64,000 bases of DNA. Source: a virus. Lineage: Duplodnaviria; Caudoviricetes. Numbering within the stretch: position 1 is the first letter of the stretch; every line of letters begins with the position of its first letter. The notes beneath the pieces are model-generated. The model was not told the origin of the DNA and searched no databases. It saw only the letters and a program-made list of their open reading frames with translations. Where the stretch lies: positions 295,891 to 359,890 of IMG/VR virus record IMGVR_UViG_3300024331_000007, one strand, 5' to 3'. Positions 30,375 to 39,409 of this stretch are shown piece after piece. The translations under genes and the position numbers were made by a program.

Positions 30375-30403
30375 TAAATAAACTAGAAGGATAACTAGTT
30401 TAT
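30375..30403 (+). promoter_or_regulatory. Late promoter overlapping an RBS/start-codon hairpin
   Basis: TAAATA overlaps the left arm of ATAAACTAG-aaggataa-CTAGTTTAT(G). Confidence 0.7.
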
Positions 30404-31142
30404 GAATATCTATTCGGACCAAATACAATCAATTTGCAATAACAAATATATTCAAACATATAAACGCTTGTGTGAACGGGCGGATTCCAGAGCCAAAACA
30501 AAGAAATCAGCTAATAACTTAGTCGGATATGTTGAAAAACATCATATTCTTCCAAAAGCCTTTAAATTGGGTGGAGAGAAGGACACGATGAACTATGTTT
30601 ATTTGACAGCTAGAGAACATTTCATTTGTCATAAGCTATTGGTTTTTGGATTTCGCGGAACACTATACTATTATTGCTGTTTGAACGCTATGAAAAAATT
30701 CATTCAAGCGTCTTCTAAGCAAAAAAGAATTTTGTCATCGCGAGATTATCAATTTGTAAGATCATGTTTGTGAGAGTCGATGAATGGAAAGAATAATCCA
30801 ATGTTTGGTAAAACTGGAAAATTATCTCCTCGATATGGAGTTAAACATTCGGAAGAAACCAAAGCTATAATAAGAGAAAAACGTAAGACTCAACAAATAA
30901 CTGAGGCCATGTTGTTGTCGTTAAAAAATGGAAGAAAAGATAGTTCAGGAACAACTCCCACGGATGAAGTTTTGATAAAAATGAAAGCAGCACAGTCTGG
31001 AAGAATGTGGGTTCACAATGATACAGAAAAGCATCGCATAAAAAAAGAACAGGCTCAAAAGTATCTTGATTTGGGATTTTTGCTCGGTAAAGGAAAATCT
31101 CCTAAATATAATCATGCTGCTAAACGAGATAGTTCAACCTAA
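30402..31142 (+). pseudogene. HNH/NUMOD3 homing endonuclease interrupted by one in-frame TGA (30771-30773)
   Basis: EKHHILPK...N.V.LTAREHFICH in the first part; the frame continues tga-gag-tcg-atg into NPMFGK...HSEETK repeats. Confidence 0.7.
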
Positions 31143-32649
31143 AATTCGTAAAGTTTTATGTATTCTTCCCGGTGGGTTTCATATTTTTCATTCGGGGCAT
31201 TTGTCTGTTTACCAATATCTCAAGCATAAGTTTCCACAAGCAGATGTATTTGTCGCTTCAACGAATAACACAAAGGAACGCCCATTTCCATTTAAAGAAA
31301 AGCAATTTCTGGCTTCTCAGGCTGGAATCCCCTCTGATAGATTTGTTGAAGTTGTCAGCCCATACAAGGCAATAGAAATTACAGAACATTATAACCCAGA
31401 AGATACGGTTCTTATTTTTGCTCTCAGCGAAAAAGACAAGGATCGTCTTGGAAATCCTCTGAAAAAAGACGGAACTCCAGCATTTATGCAGCCATACCCC
31501 GGCTCTATTGCCAAATGTCAACCATTTGCAAAGCATGGATACTATGTTGTAACTCCAACAATCAAATTTACAGTTTTAGGTAATATGATTAGTTCAGCTT
31601 CTCAGATTCGTGAGATGTACAAAAATGCAGATGACCAGACTAGACTGGATATTGCAGAAGACCTCTATCCAATCTCGCAACAAATTCCAAAGGTGAAGAA
31701 GATTTTGGATGATGTGTTGGGTTCTGCGCCTATTACGGAGGCAATAAGTAAAAGTATTGTACCCGGTTGGTTACTTCCAGATGGTAAAAATTTACCAATA
31801 ACCAAAAATGTAACTCACCACAAAATTTTGAATCAATATGGAATGCAAGATTATTACGAAGCATACAATAAGGGTTGGATTAGAATTTCAATTGCACAGT
31901 TTCAATCTCATAATGTTGCTTGTTTAGAAATTGATCGACCAATTAAACAGGTTGAAAATCGTTTGGAAGCAGCAGCTAAGCAACTACAAACCAAATATCC
32001 AGAGGTTGTTGCGTATTGTGGTTCTGGATCAACATATGGAAAATATCTTTGGGACGGTAAAGAGTTTGTAAAAATTCATAAAGTAGTTGGAATATCGGAA
32101 CACATCGTAAAGCTGAAGAGTGGCAAGTATCGTTTGCTATCACATAAGGGAAAGAACCTTGGAACCTTTGACAGTCGCGCAGCCGCAGCGAAGCACGAGG
32201 GCGAGGTTGAATACTTCAAGCACATGAAGGAATCACCTGACTACGGATACAGCAGCTATTTTGATAGAGAAGACGAGTTGAAGAAATTGATTTGGTCATC
32301 AAAGAATCTTCTTCCAACTGGAGAAGCTGTTGGAATTTATGCTCGTACACCAGATTCTTCATCTCAAGAATGGGTTGCCAGAATGGGTTTACAGATTGAA
32401 GAAGAGAACGGAAAGCTGTTCAGAGCAACAATTCGTCAGACTACAATAGGTCACGATTGGACTGGAACGGGTCTTGGTCAACAACTTTACGATCATGCAA
32501 TTTCATATGCAAAGAAGCGAGGATGCAAGTTTTTCTGCTCCGATATTCAACGAACAATGGATGCTGAGGGTGCGTGGAAGAGATTGTCAAAGCGTTACCC
32601 AGTTGAGAAGCACACCAACTACTACATTATTGATTTGAGTAAGGTGTAA
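31114..32649 (+). CDS. Multidomain protein: cytidylyltransferase-like domain, two small domains and a GNAT acetyltransferase
   Basis: PGGFHIFHSGH (HxGH); GTGLGQQLYDHAI...A..AWKRL (GNAT). Start MLLNE after TAAATA at 31103-31108. Confidence 0.7.
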   Translation: MLLNEIVQPKIRKVLCILPGGFHIFHSGHLSVYQYLKHKFPQADVFVASTNNTKERPFPFKEKQFLASQAGIPSDRFVEVVSPYKAIEITEHYNPEDTVLIFALSEKDKDRLGNPLKKDGTPAFMQPYPGSIAKCQPFAKHGYYVVTPTIKFTVLGNMISSASQIREMYKNADDQTRLDIAEDLYPISQQIPKVKKILDDVLGSAPITEAISKSIVPGWLLPDGKNLPITKNVTHHKILNQYGMQDYYEAYNKGWIRISIAQFQSHNVACLEIDRPIKQVENRLEAAAKQLQTKYPEVVAYCGSGSTYGKYLWDGKEFVKIHKVVGISEHIVKLKSGKYRLLSHKGKNLGTFDSRAAAAKHEGEVEYFKHMKESPDYGYSSYFDREDELKKLIWSSKNLLPTGEAVGIYARTPDSSSQEWVARMGLQIEEENGKLFRATIRQTTIGHDWTGTGLGQQLYDHAISYAKKRGCKFFCSDIQRTMDAEGAWKRLSKRYPVEKHTNYYIIDLSKV

Positions 32650-32651
32650 CC

Positions 32652-33146
32652 ATGCTATTGAGAGAATTGTTTGAGTCTCCCGACTTTGGTTACAAGATGT
32701 TTGTGGATCGTGATGATGATATTGCAAAGTTAATTTGGAATGTGGAATTTGAAAAGGACGGGTCTAAACTCGAATCCATCATAATTCGCGCACTGAGCAA
32801 TGTTGGTAAAACAGAAATGCTCAGCAACAACGGATTGAACAGAGAAGGAATCATAATTATCAGAAGAAACGGGGAAAAGTTTCAGATAACCCGAAGTCAG
32901 TTGACACAATACAGACAGGGACATGAAGGCTGGGCATCTACAGGTCTTGGACAACTTCTATACGACAAGGCTGTTGCTGAATGCAAAAAAGCTGGTATTA
33001 GATACTTGATGAGTGACTATACATTATCCATTGAAGCTAGAAAAGCATGGAAAAAGTTGGCTACTCGATACCCTGTAACTAAGGAAACAGATAGTCTGGA
33101 AGGTGATAAAGTTCACTACTTTCAGATTGATTTGAGTAAGGTGTAA
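32652..33146 (+). CDS. GNAT-family acetyltransferase, paralogue of the upstream C-terminal domain
   Basis: STGLGQLLYDKAV...ARKAWKKL; the last 21 nt are identical to those of the upstream gene. Confidence 0.75.
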   Translation: MLLRELFESPDFGYKMFVDRDDDIAKLIWNVEFEKDGSKLESIIIRALSNVGKTEMLSNNGLNREGIIIIRRNGEKFQITRSQLTQYRQGHEGWASTGLGQLLYDKAVAECKKAGIRYLMSDYTLSIEARKAWKKLATRYPVTKETDSLEGDKVHYFQIDLSKV

Positions 33147-33157
33147 GGAGAAGTAAA

Positions 33158-33592
33158 ATGAAGAACCTAGAAGTAACCATGAAAATCGCCTCATCGTCTG
33201 TGTTTTGTTTTTATCTCAAGACACATTTTGTTCACCTGAACATCGTTGGGCCGAATTTTTATGAGTATCACAAGTTGACGGACAAAATCTGGAAGGACAT
33301 GATTGATTCTTTTGACGCAATAAGTGAACAGATTCGCTCTCTTGACATCTTCGCTCCAGCATCATTGATAGCATTCAACGAATATAGTGTCGTTGAAGAT
33401 ATGGATAACGTTTCAGAAGCTCAATCAATGATTTACGAACTCCTATTGGACAATGAATCTGTTATAGAAACATTGAAAGAAGCAAACGCAATGGCAACAG
33501 ATCATCCCGGTCTTCAGAACTTCCTTCAGGGACGTATTGAAGCACATGAAAAATGGGGATGGATGTTGAGAGCCACCGTAAAGGGTAAATAA
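33158..33592 (+). CDS. dps: Dps / ferritin-like DNA-protection protein
   Basis: H.VHLNIVGPNFYEYH...D.ISEQIR...H.KWGWMLRA. Confidence 0.9.
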   Translation: MKNLEVTMKIASSSVFCFYLKTHFVHLNIVGPNFYEYHKLTDKIWKDMIDSFDAISEQIRSLDIFAPASLIAFNEYSVVEDMDNVSEAQSMIYELLLDNESVIETLKEANAMATDHPGLQNFLQGRIEAHEKWGWMLRATVKGK

Positions 33593-33605
33593 TACAGGTG
33601 ATACA

Positions 33606-34550
33606 ATGAGACTTTCCCAAATCAAAGAAACAGCCTCGGCTGGCGCAACAGGAGCAGGAGCGATCTGCACAAATCTTGCTGGCGGAACACCACCAAAGGG
33701 ACAATTCTTCGGTGGCGATCCCGCGTCTTCAATCTATCCAACAATCAAAAAGCATCGCAAGGCGCGTAAGGAAGAAACTGTTGAGGAAGCAGTTAAAACA
33801 GCTAAACAGCCAAAGAAGCCATCTGGAAAAGCAGAAGTCATTGGTACTACGAAGCCATACAAGCAACCAAATGTCCTTAGTCCAACAATGAAGGTTAAGT
33901 CCACTGGTAAAATGTTGGGTGGTTCTGAAAAGAAGAATCCTACTCTTTCTACAAAGTTCTTCGGAACATGCAGCGCAACAAATGATCCCGGTAACAAGTC
34001 AATCATTGCTGAATTGAGTTACAATGAGTTCAGAAATGCAAGCAACGCAATCACAAAGATGTGTCCAACTTGTTCTTCACCATTCAAGAACATACATGAC
34101 GCAAAACAAAAGTTTTGCTCAAAGGAATGTGAGGGACCGGGCCAAGTAGCTGAAAAGCTGAAAGAAGCATTCGACAGAATGTGGGAACAGTTTGAAACCA
34201 AAGATGGAAAAATCATTGATGTGAAAACTGTTAGAGATTTGGTGAAGCGTGTAATGGATGACAGTGGTGGACAGATGGGCAGACTTCAGGCTTGTTTGTT
34301 TGTTGCTGGAATGTTGAAAAATTGCACAGGATGGACCGTTCATTTTGCTTTGGAAGATTTGGCAAAGAAAGAAGCAGCGGAGATGTATAAACCAGTATCG
34401 GAATCCATTCATTCCATTAAAGTTTTTGTGGGTAAAAATTTGACTCGCGAGGAAGCCATTTCGGCATTCGATGAAAAGAACACTAAAACCCAAATGGACC
34501 AAAAGATTATCGCGGGTTCAAATACGATACCAAAACAGGAATCGCAATAG
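33606..34550 (+). CDS. Modular hypothetical protein, probable internal head protein
   Basis: Leader MRLSQIKE|TASAGATGAGAI; K-rich segments; CPTC...KFCSKEC zinc motif; late TAAATA at 33586-33591. Confidence 0.55.
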   Translation: MRLSQIKETASAGATGAGAICTNLAGGTPPKGQFFGGDPASSIYPTIKKHRKARKEETVEEAVKTAKQPKKPSGKAEVIGTTKPYKQPNVLSPTMKVKSTGKMLGGSEKKNPTLSTKFFGTCSATNDPGNKSIIAELSYNEFRNASNAITKMCPTCSSPFKNIHDAKQKFCSKECEGPGQVAEKLKEAFDRMWEQFETKDGKIIDVKTVRDLVKRVMDDSGGQMGRLQACLFVAGMLKNCTGWTVHFALEDLAKKEAAEMYKPVSESIHSIKVFVGKNLTREEAISAFDEKNTKTQMDQKIIAGSNTIPKQESQ

Positions 34551-34588
34551 TAACGTAATGTATTGAAAATAAAAGATTTACAAATTTC

Positions 34589-34617
34589 TTGACATTAGGT
34601 ATCTCTTTTGATATACT
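34589..34617 (+). promoter_or_regulatory. sigma70-like promoter
   Basis: TTGACA-N17-TATACT. Confidence 0.8.
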
Positions 34618-34643
34618 ATTTTAGTAGTCGAAAGGGAAAATTT

Positions 34644-34979
34644 GTGAATAAAGGTCTTGAGCCTCTGTCGGAACGCCAGAAAACCCTTATTGTAAATAAC
34701 GTCCTCGCCGCATGCAAAGACATTAACAAGTTGAATGGAACTGGCTACAATTTTCTGTATCTTGCAAGCGGCTTCATTGCGCACCACAATAGGTTTGGAT
34801 TCGTTCACTATTATTCTGACGGCAGTTTGGCACAAGATATTCTGTATAACGCGCAAAATAATCAATGGAACAATTTTCGTCCCGGTGAGCGTGACTACGA
34901 ATATTACATGGCGAAGAAAGATGTTTACAATCGGATCGTCGGTGAAATCAATCGTTATTTTGATCGCGTAAATCAGTAA
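34644..34979 (+). CDS. Hypothetical early protein
   Basis: GTG start after an AAGGG RBS, downstream of the promoter; GYNFLYLASGFIAH motif. Confidence 0.6.
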   Translation: MNKGLEPLSERQKTLIVNNVLAACKDINKLNGTGYNFLYLASGFIAHHNRFGFVHYYSDGSLAQDILYNAQNNQWNNFRPGERDYEYYMAKKDVYNRIVGEINRYFDRVNQ

Positions 34980-35125
34980 TCGATTCAAAGTTTGAACCAA
35001 CTGAGGTTATGCTCAGAAAATAACAAAGTCAGCTTCCGCAGGTTCACGAACTTTTATATATACAAACGCCTGTTCTCCGATCTATAATAGGGGAACGGGC
35101 AAATCTATACATTAGAGAATAGTAA

Positions 35126-35641
35126 ATGCCACAAACAAAAGAATCAAAGAAAGAGTATAATCGAAAATATAGGTTGGAACACATAGAAGAACATGAAACC
35201 TATAATAAAGAATGGCGAACTAAAAATAAAAAACGTTATCTTGAATGGTCTAAGAATTATTATAAAGAGAACAAAGAACGACTTCTCATAGATCGTCAAA
35301 AATATCAGGAACGTCTTAAAAAAGATGAACCCGTCAAACGACTTCTAATATATAAGAAAAAGGAATGCAAGCAGAAAAATTTGCCATTTGCTTTGACTGT
35401 CGCAGATATTGTTGTCCCATCACATTGTCCTATTTTGGGAATACCTATTTCATTAACTGAGAAGCATGGAAATGATAATAGAGCCGAACTTGATAGGATA
35501 TTTGGTGATCTTGGGTATATAAAGGGAAATATTCAGATACTATCAAGAAAAGCAAATAGAATGAAATCGAATGCTTCTTTTGAAGAATTGGTTAAAATAG
35601 GAAAATGGGCTTCAAAGCAAATAATAGATAAGGAGAACTAA
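35126..35641 (+). CDS. HNH-type (His-Me) endonuclease
   Basis: CPILGIPI...ELDRI...GYIKGNIQILSRKANRMKSNA; K/E/Y-rich N-terminal repeats. Confidence 0.75.
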   Translation: MPQTKESKKEYNRKYRLEHIEEHETYNKEWRTKNKKRYLEWSKNYYKENKERLLIDRQKYQERLKKDEPVKRLLIYKKKECKQKNLPFALTVADIVVPSHCPILGIPISLTEKHGNDNRAELDRIFGDLGYIKGNIQILSRKANRMKSNASFEELVKIGKWASKQIIDKEN

Positions 35642-35642
35642 A

Positions 35643-35906
35643 ATGTCAGTATTACCAGCAAGTTTTGGACCCGCAGAAATCAAGAGACTAAAAGACTTGA
35701 TCTATGATGGGGTAAAAACTAAAGAAGAGATTCAATCACTAACGGAAGGAATGGCCGATACGATAAAAGCAATTGCAGAGGAATTACAAATCCCAGCAGG
35801 ACTATTGAAGAAAGCAATTTCTGTGGCCCATCGCGGTAACTATGCCGATGTTGAAAGCGAACTGGCAGATTTGGAAAAGATTCTTGTAGCAGTTGGCAAA
35901 AAGTAA
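35643..35906 (+). CDS. T4 DsbA-like double-stranded DNA-binding protein
   Basis: 87-aa helical protein with IKAIAEELQIP...L.KAI..AH pattern, immediately before the polymerase. Confidence 0.5.
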   Translation: MSVLPASFGPAEIKRLKDLIYDGVKTKEEIQSLTEGMADTIKAIAEELQIPAGLLKKAISVAHRGNYADVESELADLEKILVAVGKK

Positions 35907-35988
35907 AGCTGCGCAAAACCAAAATGGTAACAACAAAGCAGAGACTATGGTCCATGTTGGACGCGATAGTCACTAGGTAAATTATTAA

Positions 35989-38652
35989 ATGTATGTAAGC
36001 GCACGTCTAAACAAGAAAACTGAGAAAATTGATGTAGTGGAACGAGTCAACAGGAAAAGAGTTTTCAATTCTTATCCTGTTGACTACAGTTTCTATTTTG
36101 ACGATCAAAACGGATCGTACAAAACAATCTATGGAACTCGCGTATCTAAAATCGAGCCAAAAACTACATCAGAATTTCATCGAGAACTAGCCTCGCTTCA
36201 CAACAGGCGAGTATGGGAAACAGACCTTAATCCCATTTTCAAATGTTTAGCACAGCACTATCGTCATCAAAATCCTCCCGATTTGCATGTGGCCTTTGTT
36301 GATATTGAAGTTGACTTCGATAGAGAAAAGGGCTATGCGCCAATCAACGATCCATTCAGTCCAATCACAGCAATTACAGTTAAGCAACAATGGGTTGATG
36401 AACTCATAACGCTTGCATTGCGTCCTCGAACATATACACAGGATCAGGCAAATGCAATTGCATCAAAGTTTGACAATACAATGGTTTTCGATAACGAAGT
36501 TGATCTCATTACTGCGTTTTTCGAATTGATTGATGATGCCGATGTAATATCTGGGTGGAATAGTGAAGGATTTGATATTCCATATTTGGTGAATCGGATT
36601 GCTCGTATCATGAGTAAAGATGATACTCGCCGTTTATGCTTATGGGGAGAACGACCAAAAGATAAGGTTGTTCAGAAGTACGGAACTGAATTTAACACCT
36701 TTGAACTCATCGGCAGAACGCATCTTGATTTAATGAATGTATATCGTAAGTTTACTTACGAAGAAAGGCATAGCTATTCTTTAAACGCAATTGCTGAGCA
36801 CGAACTGGAACAAAGCAAAACTCCCTATTCTGGAAGTTTGGATAAATTGTATTACGAAGACTTTGAAAAGTTTATCGAGTATAACAGACAAGACGTTATT
36901 CTTTTATCATTGCTGGAGAACAAGCTGAAGTTGCTTGAACTTTTGAATGACGTGGCACACAATACAACAACCCTTATGCAAACCTGCATGGGAACAGTTG
37001 CAGTTATTGATCAAGCAATCACAAACCGCGCACACGACTTCGGTATGATTGTCAACAATAAGAAGAGAAACATAATAACCGAAGACAATGTTGAAGAAGA
37101 TGAAGGAGCAGCAGGAGCGTACGTGGCTGCACCAAAAGCTGGATTACATGAATGGGTGGGAGTCATTGACATCAATTCACTTTATCCAAGCTGTATTCGC
37201 GCTTTGAATATGGGATTGGAAAAGATTGTTGGACAGCTTCGTCCGATCATGACAGATCAATTCATCGAAGATAAGATGCGAGAAGGACATTCATTCGCCG
37301 CAGCGTGGGAGGGTTTGTTTGGTTCTCTTGAATATCAAGCGGTCATGGCAAAGCGTCCCGGTGTTGATGTAACAATTGATTGGGAAATGTCTGGCACAAA
37401 TGATACCGTCTCGGCAGAAGACTGCTATGATCTAATCTTCAATAGCGGTCAGCCTTGGATGCTGAGTGGAAACGGGACGATCTTTTCGTATGATAAGGAT
37501 GCAATTTTTCCGGGTTTGCTTGCCGAATGGTATCGCGAACGTAAAGAGTTTCAGAAGAAAATGCATGAGGCAGTAGAACCGAAAGAGAAGGCATTTTATA
37601 AGCGTCGTCAGCTTGTGCAGAAGATTCTTCTGAACTCCGCATATGGAGCAACACTCAGCCCATCTTGCCGATTCTACGACAAGAGATTTGGTCAGAGCGT
37701 TACGCTGTCAGGTCGAGTCATTTGTAAGCATATGAACTCATATGTGAATGAATGCATCACAGGAGATTACGCCATCGACGGCGCAGCAATTATTGCAGCA
37801 GATACCGATTCAAGTCAATTCAGTGCATGGTCAACACTCAAGCCAATGGTTGATCGTAAAGAACTTGAATGGAATAAGGAATCCGCCGTTCAACTATACA
37901 TTGCGATTGGTGAAAAAGTTAATACATCATTTCCTGAGTTTATGGCGAAGGCGTTTAATTGTCCTGAAAATTTTGGTTCGTTGATTGCAGCAAGTTGCGA
38001 AAGTATCGGCTATCGCGGATTGTATATCACGAAAAAGCGATACGCAATCCTCAATTATTTTGTTGATGGGACTTGGTTGAAGGAACCAAAGCTAAAGGCT
38101 ATGGGCCTTGATCTTCGACGCAGTGATACTCCTGCAATCTGTCAAAAATTTTTGAAAACATTGTTGATGGATTATCTAAAGGATGGCACAGAACAAAAGA
38201 TTATTGATGCCATTAACGAATTTAAGAAGAAGTTTAAATCTCTTCCTCCTGCTGAGCAAGGAACTCCAAAGAGAATTAATAAACTCACGACATACTCAGA
38301 GATGATTCAAAAGGGTAAAGGAAAACGTGTACCGGGCCACGTAAGAGCAGCGATTAATTGGAATCTTCTTCGTGAAATCAATCACGATAAGGTTCATACA
38401 AGGATTGTTGACGGAATGAAATGTGTTGTGTGTCCGTTGAAAAATAACAGCATGAACATGACATCTGTGGCGTATCCAATTGATGAAATACATTTGCCTG
38501 ACTGGTTTACCAAGTTGCCATTTGACGAGGAACATATGATTGCGTCAGTTGTGGACAAGAAGATTGAAAACCTTTTTGGAAAACTCAAGAACTGGAAGAC
38601 AATTGAATCTGCAACAAAAAAGGCGAATACATTCGATGACTTCTTTTCTTAA
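35989..38652 (+). CDS. polB: Family B DNA polymerase (T4 gp43-like)
   Basis: Exonuclease motifs DIEVD, GWNSEGFDIPY and YNRQD; polymerase motifs DINSLYPS, KILLNSAYG, ADTDS and KKRY; no intein evident. Confidence 0.95.
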   Translation: MYVSARLNKKTEKIDVVERVNRKRVFNSYPVDYSFYFDDQNGSYKTIYGTRVSKIEPKTTSEFHRELASLHNRRVWETDLNPIFKCLAQHYRHQNPPDLHVAFVDIEVDFDREKGYAPINDPFSPITAITVKQQWVDELITLALRPRTYTQDQANAIASKFDNTMVFDNEVDLITAFFELIDDADVISGWNSEGFDIPYLVNRIARIMSKDDTRRLCLWGERPKDKVVQKYGTEFNTFELIGRTHLDLMNVYRKFTYEERHSYSLNAIAEHELEQSKTPYSGSLDKLYYEDFEKFIEYNRQDVILLSLLENKLKLLELLNDVAHNTTTLMQTCMGTVAVIDQAITNRAHDFGMIVNNKKRNIITEDNVEEDEGAAGAYVAAPKAGLHEWVGVIDINSLYPSCIRALNMGLEKIVGQLRPIMTDQFIEDKMREGHSFAAAWEGLFGSLEYQAVMAKRPGVDVTIDWEMSGTNDTVSAEDCYDLIFNSGQPWMLSGNGTIFSYDKDAIFPGLLAEWYRERKEFQKKMHEAVEPKEKAFYKRRQLVQKILLNSAYGATLSPSCRFYDKRFGQSVTLSGRVICKHMNSYVNECITGDYAIDGAAIIAADTDSSQFSAWSTLKPMVDRKELEWNKESAVQLYIAIGEKVNTSFPEFMAKAFNCPENFGSLIAASCESIGYRGLYITKKRYAILNYFVDGTWLKEPKLKAMGLDLRRSDTPAICQKFLKTLLMDYLKDGTEQKIIDAINEFKKKFKSLPPAEQGTPKRINKLTTYSEMIQKGKGKRVPGHVRAAINWNLLREINHDKVHTRIVDGMKCVVCPLKNNSMNMTSVAYPIDEIHLPDWFTKLPFDEEHMIASVVDKKIENLFGKLKNWKTIESATKKANTFDDFFS

Positions 38653-39139
38653 ACTCGCAGCACTTATGATTTTTGGTTCAACAGTCGCGTTATCCCAAAC
38701 TCCAATTCCTCCAGCCTCTCCAACACCAGTGCGTAATCTTTATGCCGCTGGTGTTTCGTATAACTTTAATGCCAATCCAAACGTTGCTGGAACTGCGCTG
38801 TATGCTCATCTAGTAACTTCTCCCGGTACATATGCATTCACTGTAATCGATGTCCTTCCAAATACTGTGAAACCATTCACAGTAACAAGTAACATTGGTG
38901 CTGGACTTGCCCAGAAAATGTTTACGATTGGCAGAACAAGTTTGATTATGCCTACCACCGCTGGAATTAGTTGGTCAGGTCAAAACACAGGCTGGCAATG
39001 GACTGGTGGCGTGGCTGTAACGGTTTCTTTAAAGTCAGGTTTATATTTGGTTCCTACCGCACGATACATCAAATCGTCAGTATCGAACGGATCAGGATAT
39101 CAACCTATTCTTGGACTTGCTGTTGGATTTGGTAAGTAA
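38636..39139 (+). CDS. Secreted / outer-membrane beta-strand protein
   Basis: Signal peptide MTSFLKLAALMIFGSTVALSQ, then alternating amphipathic strands ending LAVGFGK. Confidence 0.55.
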   Translation: MTSFLKLAALMIFGSTVALSQTPIPPASPTPVRNLYAAGVSYNFNANPNVAGTALYAHLVTSPGTYAFTVIDVLPNTVKPFTVTSNIGAGLAQKMFTIGRTSLIMPTTAGISWSGQNTGWQWTGGVAVTVSLKSGLYLVPTARYIKSSVSNGSGYQPILGLAVGFGK

Positions 39140-39187
39140 CCAGATTTATCAGTTGACTCCCACTATGTTTTCATCTAACATAAAACT

Positions 39188-39409
39188 ATGCAAGATTATC
39201 TAGGAACAGAACTCCAAGTTGGAGATTATATTTTTGGTGGAGATAGTCCGCGCCTGTTTACCGTTACTGAAGATATTGGTATTGATGGATATGGGATGGT
39301 TACAGAACTAGGCGGCAGGACTCCACGAAAAGTGTTTTTGGCAAAGTTCATTAGAATATCTAAAGAGCAACTCACGCTCTACTTTATGCAAAAAGGATAC
39401 AAGTCATGA
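39188..39409 (+). CDS. Small hypothetical protein (SH3/KOW-like start)
   Basis: MQDYLGTELQVGDYI... Confidence 0.5.
   Translation: MQDYLGTELQVGDYIFGGDSPRLFTVTEDIGIDGYGMVTELGGRTPRKVFLAKFIRISKEQLTLYFMQKGYKS

Noticed and set aside
34470-34559. Alternative frame (PNGPKDYRGFKYDTKTGIAIVT) overlapping the end of the 33606 gene, suggesting a frameshift
   Set aside because: No canonical slippery heptamer in the right phase and no independent support; would need homologue alignment or read inspection.
34578-35000. 140-aa minus-strand ORF
   Set aside because: The plus-strand ORF at 34644 has a consensus promoter and RBS; the antisense frame has neither.
35989-38652. Intein or intron in the DNA polymerase
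   Set aside because: Length (887 aa) and motif spacing are normal for gp43-like enzymes; no intein splice motifs seen.
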